A stretch of DNA of 64,000 bases from a virus (taxonomy: Duplodnaviria; Heunggongvirae; Uroviricota; Caudoviricetes): positions 5,531 through 69,530 of the IMG/VR virus record IMGVR_UViG_2823949316_000001. One strand, written 5' to 3'. Of the stretch, positions 1 through 7,267 are shown piece after piece. Numbering within the stretch: position 1 is the first letter of the stretch; every line of letters starts with the position of its first letter. The notes under the pieces were generated by a model. That model was not told the DNA's origin and did no database searches. It worked only from the letters and a program-made list of their open reading frames with translations. Position numbers and translations under genes: made by a program.

Positions 1-359
1 TCGACCTCGGACTTGCCGTCGCCGCGCGACAGCTCGCGGTGGCCGTACTGGAAGTTGCCGTAGACGCGGGCCACTTCCTCGGCAAAACGGATGCTCGGGC
101 CGCTGCCGCGGTTCGGTACGCTGTAGAAGGCCTGGGCAGCAAACGCCGGGCTCTTGCAGGCGGCCATCAGCTCGGCATGGGCGCCGTTCAGGTCGCGCGG
201 GAACTTCTTGGCCAGGATCAGCTGACCCTGGGCCTCGGCGATCGCGCGCTCCTGTTCGATCGCCACGGCGCCGGCGTTCACGCTCGTCGGCATCTGGCTG
301 CGACTGGCGAAAGCAGGAAGGTTAGGCTGCTGCTCGCGGGTAACCAATTCTTGAGACAT
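1..359 (-). CDS. Putative phage recombination (single-strand annealing) protein, C-terminus cut by window edge; N-term MSQELVTREQQPNLPAF...
   Basis: ATG at 359 (complement) preceded by GAGGA RBS about 8 nt upstream. Clean protein-like reading frame runs to position 1 with no stop, so it is absent from the ORF track. The SSAP role is inferred only from synteny with the exonuclease/ATPase operon. Confidence 0.4.
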   Translation of the reverse strand, partial: MSQELVTREQQPNLPAFASRSQMPTSVNAGAVAIEQERAIAEAQGQLILAKKFPRDLNGAHAELMAACKSPAFAAQAFYSVPNRGSGPSIRFAEEVARVYGNFQYGHRELSRGDGKSEV

Positions 360-398
360 CTTGCGTCCTCGTTGTGATGTTGCGTTGATTATAAATGA

Positions 399-1730
399 TT
401 AGTCTTCGGAAGTGGCAGTATTTACTGCGAATTCTTCGTCAGATACTCGGGTGATGAAGAGCTGCAGGCCAGACTCCAGCGCGCGATCGCGGAACGCCTC
501 GAACGCACCCTTGTCCAGCAGCTCCAGGCCGTCACAGCAGATCACGCCCAGCGATCCGGCGCGCAGCTTGGCGATCTCGACAGCGATATCGACCTGCTGC
601 GCAGTGTTGAGGCGATCGAACGGAACAGCGTCGCGGAACACTTCGCCGTCGACCACTTCCAGCCCTGGAATCGGGAGGCTGGCGAGCAGGTCGGACTTGT
701 ACTTGTCGATATCGGTGATGGCCTGGGACTGCGCGGCGGCATCCTGCGTCAGCTCTTCCAGCTCCGTCTCCATCTGCTTGATGGTGGCCTCGGCCTGCTC
801 GCGCTTGGCGTGGGCGCTACGGTTGGCGCTGATCGACGCAATGGCCTGGTTGAGCGGTGCCACGGTGTCGGTGTGCTTCTGGATGGCCTTCTCGCGCTGC
901 TGGCCGGCCAGGCCTTCGATGCGGCGCTCCTCGGTCTGGATGGCCTCAACCTCAGCGAGGGCCTTAGCCTTCAGCTCGTCGATCTGGCGCTGGGTCTCAG
1001 AGCGGATTGCGTCGACCTTGGTCTGATTCTCAGTCTTGATGCCATCCAGCTTGTTGCGGATGCGCTCCAGCTCCTTGTCCTTCTCAACGGTGGCCGCATC
1101 CACCTGGCTGCGCAGCTCGTCCTCGCTGCCTTCCACGCCGCCTGGAGCGTCCGGCATGGCCAGGCGCAGCTGGTTGATCGTCGCGTCCTTCTCCTTGATG
1201 GCGCGGTTGGTACCGGTGCGATCGTCGTACACCTGCTTGCGCACCGCCTCGATCACCTGCAGGCCATGGACATTGGTGTCGACCATCACCGGTGCGTTGG
1301 CGATCTGCTCCAGCTTCTTGGCGTCGACCACTATCGGCATCGACTCCAGCAGGACTTTGACGCGATCCTGCTTGCGGGCGGTCAGGAACTCGACCGGGTT
1401 CACGCTGATGCTGTCGATCAGCTCGCGCAGGGCATCGGTCGGCTTCTTCACCTTTTCGCCGTCACGGGTGACGCTGAGCGGGCTGGAGCTCTGGGTCACG
1501 CGCTTGCGGATCTCGGTGCTGTCGTCGAGCACCAGCACGACTTCGCCCTTCTCCTCACCCTTGCGCAGCAGGGTCGCGTCGTGGCCGCCTTGCAGCGCGG
1601 TCTTGATCGCTTCCAGGACGCTGGTTTTGCCTTCACCGTTGCGGCCGCTGATTTCGTTGAACGTGCCGGCTTCGAACTCCAGCTGCTTGATGCCGAGGAT
1701 GTTGCTGATAGAGAGCTTCGCGATTTTCAT
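399..1730 (-). CDS. SMC/SbcC/RecN-like AAA ATPase (Walker A GRNGEGKTS, long coiled coil, C-terminal D-loop LGVICCDGLELLD)
   Basis: 443-aa ORF-track protein with an N-terminal P-loop, a central Glu/Lys/Ala/Gln-rich coiled coil and a C-terminal Walker-B/D-loop. Same strand and tightly spaced with the exonuclease and SSAP-like genes. Confidence 0.75.
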   Translation of the reverse strand: MKIAKLSISNILGIKQLEFEAGTFNEISGRNGEGKTSVLEAIKTALQGGHDATLLRKGEEKGEVVLVLDDSTEIRKRVTQSSSPLSVTRDGEKVKKPTDALRELIDSISVNPVEFLTARKQDRVKVLLESMPIVVDAKKLEQIANAPVMVDTNVHGLQVIEAVRKQVYDDRTGTNRAIKEKDATINQLRLAMPDAPGGVEGSEDELRSQVDAATVEKDKELERIRNKLDGIKTENQTKVDAIRSETQRQIDELKAKALAEVEAIQTEERRIEGLAGQQREKAIQKHTDTVAPLNQAIASISANRSAHAKREQAEATIKQMETELEELTQDAAAQSQAITDIDKYKSDLLASLPIPGLEVVDGEVFRDAVPFDRLNTAQQVDIAVEIAKLRAGSLGVICCDGLELLDKGAFEAFRDRALESGLQLFITRVSDEEFAVNTATSED

Positions 1731-1760
1731 TCTGGTTTTCGTCCGTGTTGGCCTTTCGGT

Positions 1761-2339
1761 TTACTGTTGGGCGCTGGCGAAGATGCTCTTCATCAGCGCG
1801 TAGGTTTTTGGTGCGCTGCCGCGGCCTTCGCGCCAGTCGGGCGACTCCTCGTCCATCAGCGCGCAGAGCTCGTCCCAGCGCGGCACCAGGGCAGCCCATT
1901 CAGGCCCCGCGGCGGCGACGCGCGGCAGGCAGCTGACCAGCTCCGGGCACTGATCGAGCAGTTTGCGGCAGCGGCTCAGGTCGTCGGGATCGTGCGGGTG
2001 GCTGTAGCCCCAGTCGCCAGTGCAGTCGTGTCCGGTGGTCAGCGTGAACAGCGTCTCGCTGCTGGTGCCGCGCTCGCCGGTGGCCAGCCACATGATTGCG
2101 TTCTGGCTCAGGCCGCTGTCGGCCTGAGCTACCTTGGCCTCAAGCACGGCCCCGGCCTCTAGCCGCTCGCGCAGCTTCGCCAGCTCGGCAGGCGTGCCGG
2201 CGGCCAGGTTGGCGCCCGCCATGCGCGCCGTGTCCGGACACATCACCGCGGTCTTGCCGCACAGTTTCGCAGCCTTGCTGATGAAATCGATCGGTTGCGG
2301 GCCGAAGCCCAGAACCACCACCCCTTCCTGTTCACGCAT
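1761..2339 (-). CDS. Hypothetical protein (192 aa), translationally coupled to upstream exonuclease gene
   Basis: Start MREQEGVVVLGFGPQ... (ATG at 2339) overlaps the exonuclease stop in ATGCGTGA. It is the in-frame 3' part of the 407-aa ORF-track entry 1761..2984, whose 5' part overlaps the exonuclease gene in another frame. Confidence 0.55.
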   Translation of the reverse strand: MREQEGVVVLGFGPQPIDFISKAAKLCGKTAVMCPDTARMAGANLAAGTPAELAKLRERLEAGAVLEAKVAQADSGLSQNAIMWLATGERGTSSETLFTLTTGHDCTGDWGYSHPHDPDDLSRCRKLLDQCPELVSCLPRVAAAGPEWAALVPRWDELCALMDEESPDWREGRGSAPKTYALMKSIFASAQQ

Positions 2340-3339
2340 GATCAAACTCCCGGTCAGCCCAATAGGGCAGTTTCGCTTGCAGCAGGTCGCCACCATCGGC
2401 GCCCGGCCAGTAATTTTCCTCGCGGCAACGCACGATGCGCAGCAGGTCGCGCTGGTACAGGCGCCGGCCGCGCTCCAGTGCTGGGTGATCGGCCTGCATG
2501 TAGTGGACGGCCACGTCGTATGGGCGGGTCTTCTGCGCGGCGATGAACGCAAAGCCACGCGGTGCGTCACGGCCATACAGAGCCTTGAGGATGTCCAGGT
2601 ACCAGGCCGCCTGCACTTCGTAGCGGCGACGTGCGATTGTGGTGCCGAAGCCTGCCTCGCTGACATCGTCGGTGGTCTTGAGGTCGACCACCCATTGGCC
2701 GTCATGCGTGATGGCGTCCGTCCGGCATTTGCGCAGCACGCGAACGGTGACGACCTTGCCGGTGTCGTGGTCGATATAGTCCTGGTCGTTCTCGATGAAG
2801 AAGGACTGCTCGACCTCGGCGCCGGACAGCAGCCCGCCTGCGAACGGGTGCCGGTTGACCGCCTGAAGCATGCAGAGCATGTCTTTGTAGTCTTTCGCCG
2901 GGATGATGATCTTGTTGCCCAGCGTGGCGTTGTAGTCCTGCTCCAGGTACATGAGGATCTTGTCGCGCGGGTAGCCTTCCTCATCTACCAGACGGCGCGC
3001 CAGCTCAGGCTTGGTGCCGCTGGTCATCGCCATCTTCTTGGACAGCTCCTGCTTCATGTCGTCGACGGTGGCCAGTGCTTGCGGATATGCGCTCTTGTCG
3101 AAGCCGACCGCGTAGGTCTCCTCGAACGTGCCAGGCTCCAGCACCAGCTTGTGGGTGCCATCGCCGACCGCAAAGCAGTGTTTAAACACCTCCGGCTCGC
3201 GAGCAGGATTGATGCGCTTGTCCCAGTAGTTGAGCGGGCTGACGGCAATGTCGTCCAGGTGGCTTTTACTGATGCCAGGCCCTGAGTGATATTGCTCGTT
3301 GGTCAGCTCCACCAGCCCATGCAGCTGTTGTTCGCTCAC
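2332..3339 (-). CDS. YqaJ/lambda-exonuclease-like phage recombination exonuclease
   Basis: Start taken at GTG 3339 (GAGGAAAT RBS), internal to ORF 2332..3423. Sequence ...HSGPGISKSHLDDIAVSPLNYW..., ...VVDLKTT..., size and position fit YqaJ-type exonucleases paired with an SSAP. Confidence 0.7.
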   Translation of the reverse strand: MSEQQLHGLVELTNEQYHSGPGISKSHLDDIAVSPLNYWDKRINPAREPEVFKHCFAVGDGTHKLVLEPGTFEETYAVGFDKSAYPQALATVDDMKQELSKKMAMTSGTKPELARRLVDEEGYPRDKILMYLEQDYNATLGNKIIIPAKDYKDMLCMLQAVNRHPFAGGLLSGAEVEQSFFIENDQDYIDHDTGKVVTVRVLRKCRTDAITHDGQWVVDLKTTDDVSEAGFGTTIARRRYEVQAAWYLDILKALYGRDAPRGFAFIAAQKTRPYDVAVHYMQADHPALERGRRLYQRDLLRIVRCREENYWPGADGGDLLQAKLPYWADREFDHA

Positions 3340-3380
3340 AGAATTTCCTCGGTGGGTGGATTTGGTGAGCGAAGTGTAAG

Positions 3381-3497
3381 TGCAAATTTGAGCAACGCGC
3401 AAGCATTTCACCTGCAATTTCACGGCTTTTACTTATGTGTCATAGATTTGCACGCGGAACTATTGTGGTTGATTGCTCAAATACGATAAACTTGAGC
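3381..3497. promoter_or_regulatory. Divergent early control region with operator-like half-palindromes (TGCAAATTTGAGCAA 3381-3395; TTGCTCAAATACGATAAACTTGAGC 3473-3497)
   Basis: 186-bp non-coding gap between the leftward exonuclease operon and the rightward cro-like gene. The sequences are related to the perfect palindromes at 12670, 15686 and 16492. Confidence 0.45.
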
Positions 3498-3525
3498 TTC
3501 ATTTACTGACCACGAGGATGCCCCC

Positions 3526-3762
3526 ATGGGCAGCATCAAAGAGATCGACACCAATCAGCGCGCCTTCCTGGGCAAGCTCGACGAGCTTGAGAACCGCGCT
3601 CACGCGGTAGGCCACACGCTGACCAGCATTTGCGAGCTGTCCGGCGTTGCCCGGGCCACCCCTGATCGCTGGCGCAAGAGCACGCCCAACACCATCAAGC
3701 TCGTCGACAAGCTCGAGGCCGTGGTGGTCGAGGCGGAAAAGCAGGCGGCCAAGGCCCAATAG
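3526..3762 (+). CDS. Cro-like small HTH DNA-binding regulator (78 aa)
   Basis: ORF-track protein with putative HTH ...TLTSICELSGVARATPDRWRK... First gene of the rightward replication operon, divergent from the recombination operon. Confidence 0.5.
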   Translation: MGSIKEIDTNQRAFLGKLDELENRAHAVGHTLTSICELSGVARATPDRWRKSTPNTIKLVDKLEAVVVEAEKQAAKAQ

Positions 3763-3811
3763 CAACCCAATCAGCGGGGCCGCGACCTATCGATAAAGCG
3801 CGGCTTACTTA

Positions 3812-5413
3812 ATGAAAATCACTCCTCGCGACTATCAAGAAGCCTTGATGGCCAAGGCACTGGCAGCGTTCCAGTCAGGCAAGAAGCGACCTCTGGTCGT
3901 TGCTGCGACCGGTGCCGGCAAGACCGTGGTGTTCAGCTGCATTGCCCAGCGCGCCAGCGCCAAGGGCAACAAGGTGCTGATCCTGGCGCACCGTGACCAG
4001 CTGATTAAGCAGGCCAGCGGAAAGCTGCGCGACTACGAGGTGCAGCACGGCATCATCATGGCCGGCTTCACGCCGAACCCGAATGCGAAGGTTCAGGTGG
4101 CGTCCGTCCAGACGCTGGTGCGGCGCCTGAAGAAGATGCGCTTCATTCCTGACCTGATCATTATCGACGAGGCGCACCTGTCGGCCGCCAAGTCGTACAT
4201 CGACATCATCAACCACTTCTCGAAGGCTCGTGTGCTCGGATTCACCGGGTCGCCGTGCCGGCTGGATGGCAAGCCCCTGGGCGCCGATTCTGGCGGCATC
4301 TACGACGACCTGATCCAGGCCATCACCATTCGCCAGCTGATCGACCGCGGCTTCCTCGTGCAGCCCAAGGTCTACGGTGCACCCCAGGAGATCGACCTGA
4401 CGGGCATCAAAAAGTCGATGGGCGACTACAACACCGAGCAGCTGGCCGAGGCCGTCGACAAGCCGCGGATCACCGGTGACGCGATCGCCCAGTACAAGAA
4501 GATTTGCCCGGGCGCTCCGGCGGTGGCCTGGTGCGTGACTGTACAGCACGCCCAGCACGTGGCCGACGAGTTCAACGCCGCCGGCATCAAGGCGGTGATG
4601 CTCTGCGGCGAGCACGACACGGCCTACCGCGACGCAGCCCTGCGGGGGCTCGAAACCGGCGAGATCCAGGTCGTCACCTTCGTCGGCATCCTGGTCGAGG
4701 GCGTCGACTGCCCGGCGATCAGCGCCATCATCCTGCTGCGCCCGACGATGTCGCTGTCGAGCTACCTGCAGGTGATCGGCCGCGGCCTGCGCCCATACAC
4801 CAACGCGGCCGGGGTGAAGAAAGAGGTCTGCTACGTCCTCGACCACGCCAGCCTGTGGCGCAAGCACGGCTTCGCCGACGAGGAGCGCGAGTGGGATCTG
4901 AACGGCGAGGTGAAGCTGCCGGGCAAGAAGAAGGATAAGGAGAAGGGTGTCGACCTGATCCAGTGCGGCGGCTGCTTCGCCGTGTTCGAGCCGGCGCCCG
5001 TGTGCCCGAACTGCGGCAAGCCTGTCGAAACCAAGGCCCGCAAACTCGACCAGGTCGACGGCGAGCTCGTCGAGATCACCGCCGAGATGCGCGAGGCGGT
5101 GCGCAAGGACAAGCAGCGCGAAGTCAAGGGCGCCAAGACGCTGGAGGAGCTGCAGCGCATCGCGGCCCAGCGCGGGTACTCACCAGGCTGGGCGAAGGCG
5201 ACCTTCGAGGCCCGCAAGCGCACCCGCGAGAAGTACCGGCCGGCCAGGCCGAAGGAGCCGAGCATGGCGGAGCTGCAGAGCATGACCCTGGAGCAACTGG
5301 AGCGCGTGGCCAACGAGCAAGGCTGGCCTCGCGATTTCCCGAGCGAGTTTTTTTACACCAAAGGCGCCGGTGCCCAACCGGACAATAACCAACAGACCCT
5401 TGGAGGGTTCTAA
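3812..5413 (+). CDS. Superfamily-2 DEAD/DEAH-box DNA helicase with C-terminal CxxC...CxxC zinc ribbon
   Basis: Walker A AATGAGKT, DEAH-like IIIDEAH, motif III TGSP, motif VI QVIGRGLRP. Zinc ribbon CGGCFAVFEPAPVCPNCG. Confidence 0.85.
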   Translation: MKITPRDYQEALMAKALAAFQSGKKRPLVVAATGAGKTVVFSCIAQRASAKGNKVLILAHRDQLIKQASGKLRDYEVQHGIIMAGFTPNPNAKVQVASVQTLVRRLKKMRFIPDLIIIDEAHLSAAKSYIDIINHFSKARVLGFTGSPCRLDGKPLGADSGGIYDDLIQAITIRQLIDRGFLVQPKVYGAPQEIDLTGIKKSMGDYNTEQLAEAVDKPRITGDAIAQYKKICPGAPAVAWCVTVQHAQHVADEFNAAGIKAVMLCGEHDTAYRDAALRGLETGEIQVVTFVGILVEGVDCPAISAIILLRPTMSLSSYLQVIGRGLRPYTNAAGVKKEVCYVLDHASLWRKHGFADEEREWDLNGEVKLPGKKKDKEKGVDLIQCGGCFAVFEPAPVCPNCGKPVETKARKLDQVDGELVEITAEMREAVRKDKQREVKGAKTLEELQRIAAQRGYSPGWAKATFEARKRTREKYRPARPKEPSMAELQSMTLEQLERVANEQGWPRDFPSEFFYTKGAGAQPDNNQQTLGGF

Positions 5414-5416
5414 TCG

Positions 5417-5875
5417 ATGTCGTCTCTCAACCAAGTAAACCTGATCGGCCGCCTGGGGCAGGATCCCGAAGTGAAGTACCTGCCCAATGGCGACGCGGTC
5501 TGCAACCTGAGCCTGGCGACGTCCGAGCGCTGGAAGGACAAGCAGACCCAGGAGCAAAAGGAAAAAACCGAGTGGCATAAGGTGGTGGTGTTCGGCAAGC
5601 TCGCCGAGATCGCCGGCCAGTACCTGCGCAAGGGCGCCCTGGTCTACTTCCAGGGCAAGCTGGAAACTCGCCAGTGGGAGAAGGACGGCGAGAAGCGCTA
5701 CACCACCGAGATCCGTGCGAGCGAGATGAAGATGCTCGGCAACAAGGACGATGCCGGCGGTCGTGATGGCAACAATACCCAACAGCAGCCCCGCCAACAG
5801 ACGCCGCAGCGTACTGCCCCGCAGCAGCCGAAGGGCGGAGCGGCTGACCAATTCGACGATGACGTGCCGTTCTGA
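5417..5875 (+). CDS. ssb: Single-stranded DNA-binding protein
   Basis: OB-fold N-terminus ([21 protein letters not shown]...[12 protein letters not shown]...), Gln/Pro-rich linker, canonical acidic tail DDDVPF. Confidence 0.9.
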   Translation: MSSLNQVNLIGRLGQDPEVKYLPNGDAVCNLSLATSERWKDKQTQEQKEKTEWHKVVVFGKLAEIAGQYLRKGALVYFQGKLETRQWEKDGEKRYTTEIRASEMKMLGNKDDAGGRDGNNTQQQPRQQTPQRTAPQQPKGGAADQFDDDVPF

Positions 5876-5896
5876 CACGGCAACATCGACAACAAC

Positions 5897-5920
5897 AAAG
5901 GGGCCTCTGGCCCCTTTCCT
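5897..5920 (+). terminator. Rho-independent terminator after ssb
   Basis: GGGGCC-TCT-GGCCCC stem-loop followed by TTTCCTT. Confidence 0.55.
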
Positions 5921-5936
5921 TCGACCCGAGGGACTT

Positions 5937-6167
5937 ATGAAAGAAAGGATTTTGCAGGCGTACCAGAAGATGCGCGCAGCCGCACGTGGCGCCAAGGGCG
6001 TGGCGCCCGAGCTGACCGACAGTGACCTTGCCGCGGCCGACGTCGCCGCCAAGCATCCCGAGCATGTGCTGCGCCAGGCTGTCGTCATGCGCGCCGCATT
6101 CGAGCGCGAGGCGCTGAAGAACCCGCCGAAGACTGTCGGCCTCGACCTTCCGGTGGTGCCAGCATGA
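5937..6167 (+). CDS. Hypothetical protein (76 aa, MKERILQAYQKMRAAARG...)
   Basis: In-frame ATG inside ORF 5751..6167, after the terminator and with a GGGAC RBS. Stop overlaps the next start (ATGA). Confidence 0.45.
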   Translation: MKERILQAYQKMRAAARGAKGVAPELTDSDLAAADVAAKHPEHVLRQAVVMRAAFEREALKNPPKTVGLDLPVVPA

Positions 6168-6616
6168 GCGATCAAAAACCGACCAACCCCAAGGACATCA
6201 TCGGCAGCACCAAGCTGCCGCTCCACCTCTGGCCAACCACGGCGACCGCCATGGGCTGCATCGGCCTGCTCGAGGGCATGCTGAAGTACGGCCGCCAGAA
6301 CTGGCGCGAGGCAGGCGTGCGCGCGTCGATCTACGTCGATGCCTGCAAGCGCCACCTGGACGCCTGGTTCGAGGGCGAGGAGTGCGCGCCGGACAGCGGC
6401 TCGCCGCACCTGGCCAACGCCATCGCCTGCCTGGCCATCATTATCGACGCCAAGGCTGCCGGCAAGCTGGTGGATGATCGCGCCTACAACGGCGAGGGCT
6501 ATCGCAAGCTCGTCGAGGAGCTGACGCCGCAGGTGGCGCACCTGCAGGAGCTGTTCAAGGACAAGACCCCGCACCACTACACCATCGCCGACAAGGATGC
6601 CGCCAGTGGCCAGTGA
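6164..6616 (+). CDS. Hypothetical phage protein (150 aa); resembles dATP/dGTP diphosphohydrolase N-terminal domain proteins
   Basis: ORF-track protein, ATGA-coupled to the upstream gene. The motif LPLHLWP...KYGRQNWREAG is recalled from phage DUF proteins; the functional assignment is weak. Confidence 0.5.
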   Translation: MSDQKPTNPKDIIGSTKLPLHLWPTTATAMGCIGLLEGMLKYGRQNWREAGVRASIYVDACKRHLDAWFEGEECAPDSGSPHLANAIACLAIIIDAKAAGKLVDDRAYNGEGYRKLVEELTPQVAHLQELFKDKTPHHYTIADKDAASGQ

Positions 6617-7052
6617 AGGTACAACCCAGCGCCAAATCTGGCTCGCCCTGGGTCGAGTGTCCCGCCTGTTCCGGCTCAACACCGGTCGTGGCTGGATCTC
6701 GAACCTTGGGCCGAATGGCGTGACCCGCCTGCAGGACGGCTCGGTGCTGGTGAAGGCTGCGCGATCGATCTCGCTCGGCCTGGCCATGCCGAATGGCGAC
6801 CCGGTGAAGGGCGCATGTGACTTGCCCGGCTGGACGACCGTCGAAGTAACGCCTGAGATGGTTGGCAAGAAGATTGCTGTGTTCACGTCCGTCGAGGCCA
6901 AGGCGTCAAAAGGTGGTCGGGTGTCGCCTGATCAGAAGAACTGGCTCGACCAAGTAAAAGCCGCTGGCGGTATCGCCGGCGTTGCCAACTCGCCAGAATC
7001 CGCACGCGAAATTATTTCCGAGTGGGCTGCGCAGGTCGGTGCAAATTTGTAG
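6597..7052 (+). CDS. VRR-NUC domain nuclease
   Basis: ...QIWLALGRVSRLFRLNTGRGW... followed by D/E/K catalytic residues. Size (about 150 aa) is typical of VRR-NUC. The start is ATG 6597 or in-frame GTG 6606. Confidence 0.6.
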   Translation: MPPVASEGTTQRQIWLALGRVSRLFRLNTGRGWISNLGPNGVTRLQDGSVLVKAARSISLGLAMPNGDPVKGACDLPGWTTVEVTPEMVGKKIAVFTSVEAKASKGGRVSPDQKNWLDQVKAAGGIAGVANSPESAREIISEWAAQVGANL

Positions 7053-7267
7053 TAGCATTGTGACTTGTTGGATCAGCCGGGTGGCAGCCCGGCTAATTAC
7101 AGCTTCATCCCAGATATTCACGGCTTCATTGCTGCGACTCCCGCGGCCATAGGCCACTGTAGGTTAAGGGCTAGACACCGGTTAGCTCCCGGTGTCGAAG
7201 AGCGCTTTCTGCTGAGCGCCTGCCCGCTTTTTATTTACCAGCGGATAGACCCCGGGCAGAGGGACAA

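Noticed and set aside
810-2162. 450-aa plus-strand ORF (and 412..1026, 1036..1803) antisense to the ATPase gene
   Set aside because: Overlaps a well-supported minus-strand ATPase gene. Composition is Leu/Ala/Gly/Arg/Val-rich low complexity, typical of open antisense frames in GC-rich DNA. No RBS.
5180-6901. 573-aa minus-strand ORF across helicase 3' end, ssb and downstream genes
   Set aside because: Antisense to three well-supported plus-strand genes including ssb. Ala/Arg/Gly/Leu-biased.
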